Shown here: positions 19,982 to 29,997 of the stretch, piece after piece
How the letters are laid out: each line of letters opens with the position of its first letter
How positions within the stretch are numbered: the stretch's first letter is position 1
IMG/VR virus record: IMGVR_UViG_3300032320_001009
Location: 25,244 to 89,243 of that record
Direction: 5' to 3' (one strand)
From: a virus
Taxonomy: Duplodnaviria; Caudoviricetes
Length of the DNA stretch: 64,000 nucleotides
Notes under the pieces: generated by a model
The model's database searches: none
Told to the model about the DNA's origin: nothing
What the model saw: the letters and a program-made list of their open reading frames with translations, nothing else
Made by a program: the position numbers and the translations under genes

Positions 19982-20693
19982 GGTTGAGCAACTTCCGTCT
20001 TTACACCGCCATTGGTTAATGCGTAATTCCAATATCCCCATGCGATTTTTAGGTATTGAACCAACAGACTTAAACGCGGAGGTCCCGTCTGCCATTGGGG
20101 AATGGCTAGATGAGATGCTCGCTGGAACCGTCATCAAGCAGGTGGGTGGTCTCGGACTGACAGGTGTCGGTCTCCTGCTTGATGGCGGGCCAGGTCTTGG
20201 CAAGACAACTATGGCGGTTACGTCTGCTATGGAGTTCGTCCGTCGCTTGCCAACAGATGATATTGAAGCCAGAAAAATACTTAAGTACAGCAAGACAGAT
20301 GACTACGGAATGCTCTCGCGTCCTATCTATTACTTAACATACCCAGAGTTTATGTCGTTGAAGAAATCAACCTTTGATGCAGACCCTGATGAAAAGCGTG
20401 AATTAAACCGCATTATCGAGGGATTACACGGAAGGGCTAAAGAAGATTGGTTAAATGTCCGTCTTTTAATCCTTGACGACCTGGGCAAAGAGTACGGAAG
20501 CAAATACGACGATACATCTTTTGATGAGATTTTACGCAGTCGATATGACCGTGCACTTCCTACAATAGTTACCACCAACGTTCTGCTGGAAAACTGGGGA
20601 ACCCAGTACAGCAAAGCAATGGAAAGTTTTGGTAACGAAGCATTCATCCGAGTGAAATTAGTTAACCAAGACTTACGGAGGATTAGAGCATGA
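19971..20693 (+). CDS. DnaC/IstB-like helicase loader ATPase
   Basis: Walker A GGPGLGKT, Walker B LILDDLGKE, PTIVTTN. Confidence 0.85.
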   Translation: MTYKVEQLPSLHRHWLMRNSNIPMRFLGIEPTDLNAEVPSAIGEWLDEMLAGTVIKQVGGLGLTGVGLLLDGGPGLGKTTMAVTSAMEFVRRLPTDDIEARKILKYSKTDDYGMLSRPIYYLTYPEFMSLKKSTFDADPDEKRELNRIIEGLHGRAKEDWLNVRLLILDDLGKEYGSKYDDTSFDEILRSRYDRALPTIVTTNVLLENWGTQYSKAMESFGNEAFIRVKLVNQDLRRIRA

Positions 20694-20992
20694 AGAAAGG
20701 CTCAAAATTGGATTCGTGGCGTACAGTGCAACTGTTCATCTCACCCACAGGTGTGTATGAAGTGCAACTAAGTCCTGACGACCCAAAGCCACGCTGTTCT
20801 TGCTCTACATACAAAGTACGCAACTCTTGCAAACATACAGACTTTATTAAAGTCCGTATGGAAGAGAACGACGGACACTACGCGATTCTGGTTCCAGATA
20901 ACATCCCAGAAGAACTTGCTGAACAAGCAAGTGAAACCGCAGAAGCATTCCGAGCATTTGTTCTTAAATATGCACGAGTTGAGGTGCTGTGA
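20690..20992 (+). CDS. SWIM zinc-finger protein
   Basis: CSC...CKH motif. Confidence 0.75.
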   Translation: MKKGSKLDSWRTVQLFISPTGVYEVQLSPDDPKPRCSCSTYKVRNSCKHTDFIKVRMEENDGHYAILVPDNIPEELAEQASETAEAFRAFVLKYARVEVL

Positions 20993-21405
20993 GAAACGGC
21001 GACATCTCTAACGAAACCCCTGCCCGCATTATTGTTCTTGCGGATGTAGTTGCAAATCGTAAAGAAGAAACAACACGTAAATTATTACGTACAACAACTT
21101 CTTTTAGTATTGGCGACTTAAAGAAGTTAGAGATTGCAAAATTGTGGACCTTAACAAATCGTTATGGATTATCTGTCGAACTTGCTGGAATTGAATCAGA
21201 CGGGTGGGACCAGCAATTGCTTGATAAGGTTATGGACATTCTTGACAGGCGTGGCGGAAATCCATTTAATTTTGCTCAGGTATACACTTCCACCCAAGAA
21301 CTTGTAGATGACTTGCCGTACCGAGTCAATCTGCGTGGAGTAATTGATGTACAGAGTCGTGTTGCAATGTATGGCTCGAAAGGCGTAGAACTAGATAACT
21401 TGTAA
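20989..21405 (+). CDS. Hypothetical protein
   Basis: GTG start, coupled, in the replication block. Confidence 0.6.
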   Translation: MRNGDISNETPARIIVLADVVANRKEETTRKLLRTTTSFSIGDLKKLEIAKLWTLTNRYGLSVELAGIESDGWDQQLLDKVMDILDRRGGNPFNFAQVYTSTQELVDDLPYRVNLRGVIDVQSRVAMYGSKGVELDNL

Positions 21406-21417
21406 GAGGGGCATAAC

Positions 21418-22671
21418 GTGGCAGCAGATAACGAGCACAGATTAGTTTCAAAAGTAATTCGCGACAGAGACATACTTCCAGTAATACAACGTGGCGTAAA
21501 AGCCGATTGGTTTCTTGATGAAGACAACGTTGATGTGTGGAAGTTTGTCATACGCCATTACACCGAATACTCAGAAGTGCCTACTGCAGTAACTGTTAAA
21601 GACCATTACCCCACCTACAAAATTTTAGATGTACAAGACTCATTAGAGTTTCTTGTTGACCAAGCAGTTGCATTCCGCAGACGACTTATAGTTCGTCAAG
21701 GTTTAGAGCAATCTGTAGACAAACTAACCAGCAACGACCACGAAGGTGCTTTAGTTGCTATGGAAGCAACACTCACTCGTGTTAATGCTTCTGGTGTTCA
21801 AGGAACTAACGAACTTGATTTAACGAAGGATGCAGAAGGTCGTTTTGCTGAGTATCAAGATTTAGCAAATCACACCATGCTAGGAATTCCCACAGGCTTT
21901 GATGTTATCGATGAAGCAACTGCGGGATTACAGGGAGGACAGTTAGTAACGGTAATTGCTCCTCCTAAAACAGGTAAGTCACAAATAGCCCTCGCCATGG
22001 CAATCCATGTTCACACCAATGGTGGGGTTCCAATGTTCCAGTCTTTTGAAATGACAAACCGTGAGCAACAACAACGTCACGATGGAATTCGTGCACAAGT
22101 TTCACATGGTCGTTTACGTCGAGGAAAACTCTTTGCAGATGAAGAGCAGCGATACATCGACATGCTTAAAGCAATGGACGGCATGGCAAACTCATTTCAT
22201 TTAGTTGATGCAGTTAACGGACTTACAGTTGCCTCACTGTCAGCCACCATCACTAAATTAAAGCCAAGCATTGTATTTGTTGATGGTGTTTATCTCATGA
22301 TGGATGAAACGACTGGCGAGATGAACACACCTCAATCTATTACTAACATTACTCGTGCTTTAAAACGCCTTGCTCAACGCCACGACATACCTGTAGTTGT
22401 AACTACACAGACTCTGTTATGGAAGATGAAGGGTGGAAAAGTTTCCGCAGACTCTATCGGTTACTCATCTTCCTTCTTCCAAGATTCAGATGTAATCCTT
22501 GGTCTTGAACCAGTACCTGACTACGACGACCTGCGTAATCTAAAGATTGTAGCCAGCCGTAACTGTCCTACACGAGAAGTCGTATTGACTTGGAATTGGG
22601 AAACAGGTTGCTTCCACGAAGAAACCAAGATGGCTAGTTGTGCTATTTGTAAACGTGGAATTATGCCGTGA
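21418..22671 (+). CDS. dnaB: Replicative DNA helicase
   Basis: APPKTGKS Walker A, SFEM, IVFVDGVYL, QDSDVI. Confidence 0.92.
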   Translation: MAADNEHRLVSKVIRDRDILPVIQRGVKADWFLDEDNVDVWKFVIRHYTEYSEVPTAVTVKDHYPTYKILDVQDSLEFLVDQAVAFRRRLIVRQGLEQSVDKLTSNDHEGALVAMEATLTRVNASGVQGTNELDLTKDAEGRFAEYQDLANHTMLGIPTGFDVIDEATAGLQGGQLVTVIAPPKTGKSQIALAMAIHVHTNGGVPMFQSFEMTNREQQQRHDGIRAQVSHGRLRRGKLFADEEQRYIDMLKAMDGMANSFHLVDAVNGLTVASLSATITKLKPSIVFVDGVYLMMDETTGEMNTPQSITNITRALKRLAQRHDIPVVVTTQTLLWKMKGGKVSADSIGYSSSFFQDSDVILGLEPVPDYDDLRNLKIVASRNCPTREVVLTWNWETGCFHEETKMASCAICKRGIMP

Positions 22672-23630
22672 GTATTAACATCAAAGAGGTTCTAGATAAT
22701 CTCAGCATTGAGACTATCCGTGAACGTGGAGATGAAATTCTTTGCCATTGTCCTTTACACGTGCAGAACCTTGGTAAAGAAGACCGCAACCCATCCTTTT
22801 GGATAAACCAAGAAACAGGAGCAAACCTTTGTTTCTCTTGTGGTTGGAAGGGAAGCGTATTTACCTTAGTTGGACACGTTCAGGGATTCTTTGAAGAGGA
22901 CGGCGTAGTCGACTATGAGCAGGTCAAACAATGGCTTGCTAACATGCAGGAAGTGTCCGTCGAAGAATTGGGCAATCGTTTAAAGAACATGCCAGCGTAT
23001 GTTTCTTTACCGAAACCGATTCCAATGTCTGAAGCACGTCTTGCCCTCTTTACAGAGCCACCAGCATGGGCATTAGAAAAACGAAAATTAACTGCAGAAG
23101 CATGTAAGAAGTACGAAGTGCTTTGGGATAAAGATAAATGGATTATCGTCATTCGTGACCCCTACACTGATGAACTAATGGGTTGGCAAGAAAAAGCAGA
23201 AGGTAAGCGGGACTTTAAAAACCGTCCTACAGGCATAAAGAAGTCTCACACGCTCTTTGGCTACAAGCACATGAGCAGCGAGCAAATAGTTGTTGTTGAA
23301 TCTCCCCTAGATGTGGTGAGGTTAGAAAGTATTGGCGTACACGGTGCTGTTGCTACTTTTGGAGCATTAGTCAGTGACACCCAACGAAAACTGTTGGGTA
23401 GAAGTGTCCGAATAGTTGCAGCCTTTGATAACCCTCGCATTGACGATGCTGGTCGTAAAGCATGTGAAAACTTTTTAGTTTCTGCAAAGAAGTATGGTAT
23501 GGAGGTTAACTTCTTTAACTACAACGGAATTGATGCAAAAGACCCAGGCGATATGCTGGAAGAGGACATTAGATTTGGGATTGCAAATGCACGTGACATG
23601 ATTTTTGGTGAGAGGGCGTACCTTGTTTAA
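22668..23630 (+). CDS. DNA primase (Zn-binding + TOPRIM)
   Basis: CPLH..PSF..CFSC; VVVESPLD; FDN; KDPGD. Confidence 0.88.
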   Translation: MSINIKEVLDNLSIETIRERGDEILCHCPLHVQNLGKEDRNPSFWINQETGANLCFSCGWKGSVFTLVGHVQGFFEEDGVVDYEQVKQWLANMQEVSVEELGNRLKNMPAYVSLPKPIPMSEARLALFTEPPAWALEKRKLTAEACKKYEVLWDKDKWIIVIRDPYTDELMGWQEKAEGKRDFKNRPTGIKKSHTLFGYKHMSSEQIVVVESPLDVVRLESIGVHGAVATFGALVSDTQRKLLGRSVRIVAAFDNPRIDDAGRKACENFLVSAKKYGMEVNFFNYNGIDAKDPGDMLEEDIRFGIANARDMIFGERAYLV

Positions 23631-25191
23631 GGGGACTCTTAAGCCTTATCAAGTTGAAGCCGTAGAACGTATGGCTAATCGCAAGAAGATGCTTGTTGCT
23701 TATGAGATGGGGCTTGGTAAGACTTGTATGACTATTGCTGCAATGGAGCAAATACGAGGTCAGAAGCCTGTGTTGGTAATTGCTTTAGCAAGTCTTAAAT
23801 ATCAATGGGCAAGTGAGATAGCGAAGTTTTCTGACGCAACTTCGATTGTTATTGATGGCTCTAAAGCAGCACGAACACTTCAATACGCAGATGCTGAATA
23901 CCAGAACTACGTTATTACAAACTATGAGTCCATCGTCAATGATTGGGAACTTCTAAAGCATATAGACTTTGGAGCAATAGTGTGCGATGAAGCCACAGCC
24001 ATCAAAGGATTTCGTTCTAAAAGAACAAAGAAGGTAAAAGAACTTGCTGGTGCAATACCTGTACGTTTTGCTTTGACAGGCACACCTATTCAAAACGGTA
24101 AGCCTGAAGAGTTGTACAGCATTATGCAGTTTGTAGAACCTGGTCTCCTTGGTCGTTTTGACTTATTCGACAAAACCTTTATTGTAAGAAACAATTTTGG
24201 CGGAGTTCAGCGTTATCGCAACCTACCTCTTCTGCATGAGAAGATGAAGGAAGCCTCGGTTCGAAAAGCACAGTCTGACCCAGATGTTGCCCCGTATCTG
24301 CCAGAAACGATTCACTTAGACCCTGTACGAGTCAAGATGGATAGCAAATCGCGGGATATTTACGAGAAGATTGCAATGGACTTGTCTAATGAGTTACAGG
24401 AAGCCCAAGAATTATTTGGCGGTGGATTTTCAATAGAAGCACACTACGGACAGGGCTATCAGCCAGGAAGCCCAGCAGATGCACTGCGTGGTTCCATCAT
24501 GTCCAAGATAACTTCTTTACGAATGCTTTGCGACCACCCAAACCTTTTAGTTGAAAGTTCAACTAGATTCAAAGACTCCGAAGGACAGCACGGAAGTGCC
24601 TATGTCTACGGGTTATCCACAGGGGGTCATTTAGACAGCATTTCTAAAAACCACGCCAAATTGGATGCTGTAGTCAATTATGTGTCAGAACACATAGAGA
24701 CAGACGAGAACTCTAAAGTTGTTATCTTTGCTTCATACCTGGGGATGCTGCCTTTGTTGCAGGAGAGGTTAGCCTTAAAGAAGATTGAGTCTCGCATTTA
24801 TTCAGGGGAAATGAACTCTAAGGAAAAAGAAGTTGCCAAACTAGAATTCCAAACTTCTTTAGAAGTTCGTGTTTTAATTTCCTCTGATGCTGGCGGGTAT
24901 GGCGTGGACCTACCCCAAGCCAACCTACTGGTAAACTACGATTTACCGTGGTCTTCAGGCACAGCAGTTCAACGTAACTCTAGAATTCGACGAGCATCAA
25001 GTACATGGAAGTCCGTGGTTATCCAAGACTTCATTGTTTTGAACTCAATCGAAGAACGACAGTTTGAAATGTTAAACCAAAAGAACGCAGTTGCTGATGC
25101 TGTCATTGACGGCGCAGGAATCAATGAACGTGGGGGCGTTGACTTAACAGTCGGTAGCCTCCTAAACTTCTTAATTAAGAACCAAATCTAG
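23623..25191 (+). CDS. SNF2-family SF2 helicase
   Basis: EMGLGKT, CDEA, LTGTP, QRNSRIRR; start re-called at TTG 23623. Confidence 0.9.
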   Translation: MFKGTLKPYQVEAVERMANRKKMLVAYEMGLGKTCMTIAAMEQIRGQKPVLVIALASLKYQWASEIAKFSDATSIVIDGSKAARTLQYADAEYQNYVITNYESIVNDWELLKHIDFGAIVCDEATAIKGFRSKRTKKVKELAGAIPVRFALTGTPIQNGKPEELYSIMQFVEPGLLGRFDLFDKTFIVRNNFGGVQRYRNLPLLHEKMKEASVRKAQSDPDVAPYLPETIHLDPVRVKMDSKSRDIYEKIAMDLSNELQEAQELFGGGFSIEAHYGQGYQPGSPADALRGSIMSKITSLRMLCDHPNLLVESSTRFKDSEGQHGSAYVYGLSTGGHLDSISKNHAKLDAVVNYVSEHIETDENSKVVIFASYLGMLPLLQERLALKKIESRIYSGEMNSKEKEVAKLEFQTSLEVRVLISSDAGGYGVDLPQANLLVNYDLPWSSGTAVQRNSRIRRASSTWKSVVIQDFIVLNSIEERQFEMLNQKNAVADAVIDGAGINERGGVDLTVGSLLNFLIKNQI

Positions 25192-25199
25192 GAGGCAAT

Positions 25200-25637
25200 A
25201 TGGCACGAGCAGCCGATGCACCACGTGACTTCACTGGTGACGACTTAATATCACAAGCAAAGGAATACATTGCTGTAAAGAAAAACATTGACCAGTATGA
25301 AGAAAGGCAGAAAGAACTAAAGGCTGCACTCTTCCTACAAATTGATGAAGGTGGTTTTGAAGACGACAAGGGAAACATCTGGTTAGAACTTCCAGAAGCA
25401 ATTGATGATTACCTTAGCCTTCAAAAGCAAAAGCGTGTATCACGCAAAATTGATGAGGGCGTTGCAATGACTCTCATTGAAGAAAAAGGTTTAAGAGACC
25501 GTCTTATCAAAACTGTTGAAGTTGTTGATGAAGACGAACTAATGGCTGCTCTTTATGACGGCACATTAACTGAAGAAGAAGTCGATGAGATGTTCCCAGC
25601 AAAAATTGTTTGGGCACTAACATTGAGTAAGAAGTAA
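25200..25637 (+). CDS. Hypothetical protein (N-terminal coiled coil)
   Basis: SD GGAGG; 145 aa. Confidence 0.65.
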   Translation: MARAADAPRDFTGDDLISQAKEYIAVKKNIDQYEERQKELKAALFLQIDEGGFEDDKGNIWLELPEAIDDYLSLQKQKRVSRKIDEGVAMTLIEEKGLRDRLIKTVEVVDEDELMAALYDGTLTEEEVDEMFPAKIVWALTLSKK

Positions 25638-25639
25638 TC

Positions 25640-25900
25640 ATGGCATCTTTAGAACACAACAAGCAGTGGGCTCAAAACCCAAAGCCAAAAGTCGTCGCTT
25701 CTACTGAAGAACCAAAGGTTGCTTCATTTCCAACAGGCTCAAACGTTCGTAACAAAATTGTTGCTGACTTAAAAGATGAGTATGTTGCTCACCTTGAACT
25801 CATTATCAATGCTTTGAAAAAAGGCGATACAAATAAAGCAGTTGAGTATGAGATTTGGGCTAAAGCACTAAAGCAAGCGATTGCAATTGCGACTGAATAA
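25640..25900 (+). CDS. Hypothetical protein
   Basis: 86-aa in-operon ORF. Confidence 0.6.
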   Translation: MASLEHNKQWAQNPKPKVVASTEEPKVASFPTGSNVRNKIVADLKDEYVAHLELIINALKKGDTNKAVEYEIWAKALKQAIAIATE

Positions 25901-26377
25901 ATGCCAGGATTACGCGGAGAAGATGAGGTTCTAAAATCATTTGCTGACCTTGAGTACAAACCAGGGTCAAAGCAAAAGAGAAGAACAGACTCTCCTACCG
26001 CAAAAAAACGGCGTGCAATTGCAGATGACGATTGGGACATTAACCCAATTGTTAAAACCCTTGGAGGAAAAGAAACAGAAGTTTTCACGATTGGTGCAAT
26101 GGCGAAGGCTCTTGAAAAGAGCATCATCAGTATCCGTTCGTGGGAAAAGAAGGGGTATCTACCAAGAGCCCCCTACCGTTTACGTTCCAAGACCTTAAAT
26201 GGTCAGAAGGTAAGTGGAAACCGCGTCTACACAAGAGTACTAATAGAAATTGCTATTGAAGAGTTCTCAAAAAGAGGTCTTTTGGGAACTGCTCGTGTAG
26301 AATGGTCTCAGCACACAGACTTAACCGACGCGATTGTTTCGCGTTGGAAAGAGTCCGTTGCTAACGAGAGTCAATAG
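25901..26377 (+). CDS. MerR-like HTH DNA-binding protein
   Basis: FTIGAMAKALEKSIISIRSWEKKGYLP..RVYT. Confidence 0.75.
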   Translation: MPGLRGEDEVLKSFADLEYKPGSKQKRRTDSPTAKKRRAIADDDWDINPIVKTLGGKETEVFTIGAMAKALEKSIISIRSWEKKGYLPRAPYRLRSKTLNGQKVSGNRVYTRVLIEIAIEEFSKRGLLGTARVEWSQHTDLTDAIVSRWKESVANESQ

Positions 26378-26425
26378 ACCTCACTACCAACCGAGTGCGA
26401 AAGCCTCACTACCGAAAGAAGAAAC

Positions 26426-27091
26426 ATGTCAATCTCAGCACCTAACGTCAATGCAGATTCATATTTGGATGCAGACGACGAAAATGCAACACCTAAAGTA
26501 GGCACAACCGTTCAATCTGGATGGGATGCAGCCTCAAAAATCCTAAAGTCAACTGCTAAAGATGGCGAATACCCAAACGACTTTAAGTTCTCTGAAGAGT
26601 CTCAACTAATTAAGTTCATTGGTGACGGACCATTCCGTGCCTATGAGCAACATTGGATTGACCGCTCATCAGGAAAGCGTTCATTCGTTTGCATCGCAGA
26701 TTCTGATGAGGATGGTTGCCCACTATGCGACATCCTTGGAGATAAGCCACGAGGTAAGTTTGCGTTTACAGTTCTTGTCTTGAGTGGAGAAGAAACCAAA
26801 ACGATGATTCTTACTGCACCACCTACTTTGTTCCGTCAAATCAAGGCAGCACATGAGGACACTAAGCGTGGACCATTGAATAAGTTTTATTATTCAATTG
26901 CACGCATGGGTACAGGACCTCAGACAACATACTCACTAGAGCGTGTTCGTCCGACTGACTTGGCAGAAGATTGGGACCTTGACCCTGCTCAGGTCGAGGG
27001 ACTCGTAGCAACGGCAACCCCCTTCACGCCCGATGTAATTTGGGATACACCTCGTCCCGAATTGCTGGAGATTGCTCGTTCGATTGCTTAG
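26426..27091 (+). CDS. Single-stranded DNA-binding protein (gp32-like)
   Basis: HW..SFVC..CPLC; immediately upstream of the polymerase. Confidence 0.65.
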   Translation: MSISAPNVNADSYLDADDENATPKVGTTVQSGWDAASKILKSTAKDGEYPNDFKFSEESQLIKFIGDGPFRAYEQHWIDRSSGKRSFVCIADSDEDGCPLCDILGDKPRGKFAFTVLVLSGEETKTMILTAPPTLFRQIKAAHEDTKRGPLNKFYYSIARMGTGPQTTYSLERVRPTDLAEDWDLDPAQVEGLVATATPFTPDVIWDTPRPELLEIARSIA

Positions 27092-27118
27092 TCCGTCAAA
27101 GTAATCGTCCCAGTACAA

Positions 27119-27161
27119 GTGGGGGGCTTGGTTTTTCGTAGTTGGTTTCCAAGCCCCCCAC
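27119..27161 (+). promoter_or_regulatory. 13-bp stem-loop between the SSB and polA genes
   Basis: GTGGGGGGCTTGG/CCAAGCCCCCCAC, 17-nt loop, followed by a short T run. Confidence 0.65.
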
Positions 27162-27179
27162 ACTTTTAAAAGGAGCATC

Positions 27180-29192
27180 ATGAATATCATTACTACTTCT
27201 CTTGGTTTATCAGAGATGGTTGAGTACTACCTGAAGCAACCAGCATTTGCCTTTGACGTTGAAACTGTAGGCGATGACGATTTTGCACGAGTACACCCCA
27301 TCTTGAACAAAGTTACGTGGATTGCGTTTGCAACAGAAGGACGTGTCGACGTAATTCCTATGGGTCACCCAAACGGAGAGTTTCTTAGTTGGGAAAAACC
27401 CTTACTTGCATCAGGTCAAAAAAGATTAGAGGAAGGCAAGGAAATCCGTGAACAGGATTACTCAAAACGCGAAGATAGTTGGACACCAGTTTTCGATACT
27501 GCTCCCGACCAACTCCTCCCAGGGGATGTGTTTAAAGCACTCAAGCCTCTATTGTTTAGTAACCAAACCAAAGTTGGACACAACCTTAAGTTCGACCTCA
27601 AAGCAGTTGCTAAGTACTATCGCGGAGTCGTACCCACCAAACCATACTTTGATACGTTAGTTGCAGCATTCATTCTTGATAATCGCACAAAGAACATGCT
27701 TGGTCTTGACGACTGTGCAAAGCGTGAACTAGGAAAAGTTGTTGTCAAAGGAATTGGTCACGCTGTAGAGAAACACGCATTTAGTGATGTTGCAAAGTAT
27801 GCAGGTATTGATGCTGAATCAACGTGGGAGTTATACAAAATTTACAACGTTCGATTAAAAGAACGTGGGATGACAACTGTATGGCGATTAGAGATGGACT
27901 TGCTTCTTGTCTTAGCAGACATGGAACTTACTGGAGCATTTATTGATACTGAAGAGTTAGCCCGTTTAAAAACTAAGATTGAAAAAGACATTGTTGAGGT
28001 AACTGGCGAGGCTTACAAACTTGCAGGACGCGAGTTTCACATGAACTCAATTCCAGAAAAACAGAATATTTTGTTTACCCCCAAGTCTGAAGGTGGAAGA
28101 GGTATTCGCCCAAACAAGACTATTAAAATTGCGTTGACCCCTAAAGGATTAGAGGCAATGAGAAATGGCGAAGAGGTTCAGATTAAACATTACTCTGTAA
28201 GTTCTGAAGCCCTTGAGTACTACCGTGAGAAAGACCCTTTAGTTGGAGCAATAATGAGGTATCAAGATTTAAATAAGTTGATGACTACTTATGTAACTCC
28301 TTACGCAGGTGGTGAAGTAACACGCACTACTGGCGGTAAATCAAAGATGGTTAATCGTCAGAGTCTTTTAGTTAGTGGCAAAGTCCATACTAACTTTAAG
28401 TCTTATGGAGCAGAGACTGGTCGTTTCTCTAGTAGTGAGCCAAACCTTCAAAACATTCCATCTCAAGGTGAGTACGGAAAGTTAATCCGTAACCTGTTTA
28501 TTGCTCCTCCAGGGCATAAGTTGATTGTTGCTGACTACTCACAGATTGAACCAAGAATCATTGCTTCATTTTCGCAAGACCCCGCATTCATTAAGAACTA
28601 CATAGAAGGTGGAGACATCTACACGACAATCGGTGGTCGTATGGGTGTTGACCGTCGTGCTGGAAAAGTTCTTGTGCTTGCTATTGCGTACGGGATTGGT
28701 CCAGAAAAGATTGCTGACCAGATTGGGTGTAGCGTTAAAGAAGCCCATCAACTTATGGATTTGTTTAACGATAGGTTTGCTTCTATTAATCATTACAGAA
28801 ACCGCGTTATTCGAATTGCACGACAACAACGTCCTTTGCCTTACGTTTCTACAGTTTTAGGCAGACGTAGATACATTCCTGAATTGAACAGTCCTGACAT
28901 GGGTCCAAAGTCCCGTGCAGAACGCCAAGCCTTTAACACAGTAATTCAAGGCTCGGCTGCTGACCTCATCAAACTTGCAATGGTACGAGCACATTCTTGT
29001 TTCGTAAATGAGCCAACCGTCAATGTGCTATTGACTGTACACGACGAACTGGTGACAATTGCACCAGACCACTTAGCCGAAGAAACGGCTGCAGCAATTA
29101 GAGAATCTATGGAAGGCGTAAAACTTCCAGACATGCTTGTCCCGTTGATTGCTGATACACACATTGTCCAGAAATGGGGAGAAGCAAAATGA
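27180..29192 (+). CDS. polA: Family A DNA polymerase (3'-5' exo + pol, no 5'-3' exo)
   Basis: FDVET, HNLKFD, TGRFSS.EPNLQN, ADYSQIE, motif B K...L...YG, VHDEL. Confidence 0.95.
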   Translation: MNIITTSLGLSEMVEYYLKQPAFAFDVETVGDDDFARVHPILNKVTWIAFATEGRVDVIPMGHPNGEFLSWEKPLLASGQKRLEEGKEIREQDYSKREDSWTPVFDTAPDQLLPGDVFKALKPLLFSNQTKVGHNLKFDLKAVAKYYRGVVPTKPYFDTLVAAFILDNRTKNMLGLDDCAKRELGKVVVKGIGHAVEKHAFSDVAKYAGIDAESTWELYKIYNVRLKERGMTTVWRLEMDLLLVLADMELTGAFIDTEELARLKTKIEKDIVEVTGEAYKLAGREFHMNSIPEKQNILFTPKSEGGRGIRPNKTIKIALTPKGLEAMRNGEEVQIKHYSVSSEALEYYREKDPLVGAIMRYQDLNKLMTTYVTPYAGGEVTRTTGGKSKMVNRQSLLVSGKVHTNFKSYGAETGRFSSSEPNLQNIPSQGEYGKLIRNLFIAPPGHKLIVADYSQIEPRIIASFSQDPAFIKNYIEGGDIYTTIGGRMGVDRRAGKVLVLAIAYGIGPEKIADQIGCSVKEAHQLMDLFNDRFASINHYRNRVIRIARQQRPLPYVSTVLGRRRYIPELNSPDMGPKSRAERQAFNTVIQGSAADLIKLAMVRAHSCFVNEPTVNVLLTVHDELVTIAPDHLAEETAAAIRESMEGVKLPDMLVPLIADTHIVQKWGEAK

Positions 29193-29626
29193 GTTGGTTT
29201 AAACGTAAAAAGAAGTTTGAGTTTGATGGGGATAGGTTTGCTGCAGAAGTTATGTACAGAGTTCGAGGGTTATTCCTTGATTCTCAACTTCAAGACGCTT
29301 TCTCGTTAAGCGTTATTGCTGGCACTACCGCAGTAAGCGATGAAGTTGCCGAGATGGAACAACAGGATAGCGATAAGCGTGTGCAGAAGATTGAGCACTT
29401 AATTCCACTTATTTTGACTCAAACCTATTCAATATCAAAAGCCATGGCAGAGTTAGAAAAAGCCAAAGCAATGCGTACAGAGGTAGACGTTCCAGACGAG
29501 TTTTGGGAACTGTACCAATCCCGAAACCAAGACATAACAATTGCTGCTGTCGTTGGGTGCATTGCTCAGATGGTTGATATAGGATTGTTAACTGTAGGAC
29601 CACGGAAACCAAGGAGTACAAAATGA
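29189..29626 (+). CDS. Hypothetical protein
   Basis: Start at ATGA overlap with the polA stop. Confidence 0.6.
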   Translation: MSWFKRKKKFEFDGDRFAAEVMYRVRGLFLDSQLQDAFSLSVIAGTTAVSDEVAEMEQQDSDKRVQKIEHLIPLILTQTYSISKAMAELEKAKAMRTEVDVPDEFWELYQSRNQDITIAAVVGCIAQMVDIGLLTVGPRKPRSTK

Positions 29627-29997
29627 CCAATGCTGACTGGTGGGCAAAGAAGTTACAGAATAACGCTCCACAACCACGTCGAGATGTCTCCCCTCCAATG
29701 CCCCCCTCACAACAGCCCATGACACGTTACACGCCTCCTCAACCCTTAGCCCCTGAGAGCAAAGCCCAAAGCGCAAAACAAACTCAGTCTTGCCCTGAGT
29801 GCTACAGCAACAACTACATGGCGATTCAAAACGCAGCCCCTCGTTGTTACGACTGTGGTTACCCATTATCCCAATCAGGTAGCAGGTACGGAAGTTTGAC
29901 AGGAGCCCAAGTTGAAGGAGCCGTTAAATCTTCTTTAGGAAATGACAGTCAAAATAATTGGAATCCACAAAACATTATTGGTCGTGTTGACGGATGA
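29623..29997 (+). CDS. Pro-rich zinc-ribbon protein
   Basis: CPEC..CYDCGY. Confidence 0.65.
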   Translation: MTNADWWAKKLQNNAPQPRRDVSPPMPPSQQPMTRYTPPQPLAPESKAQSAKQTQSCPECYSNNYMAIQNAAPRCYDCGYPLSQSGSRYGSLTGAQVEGAVKSSLGNDSQNNWNPQNIIGRVDG

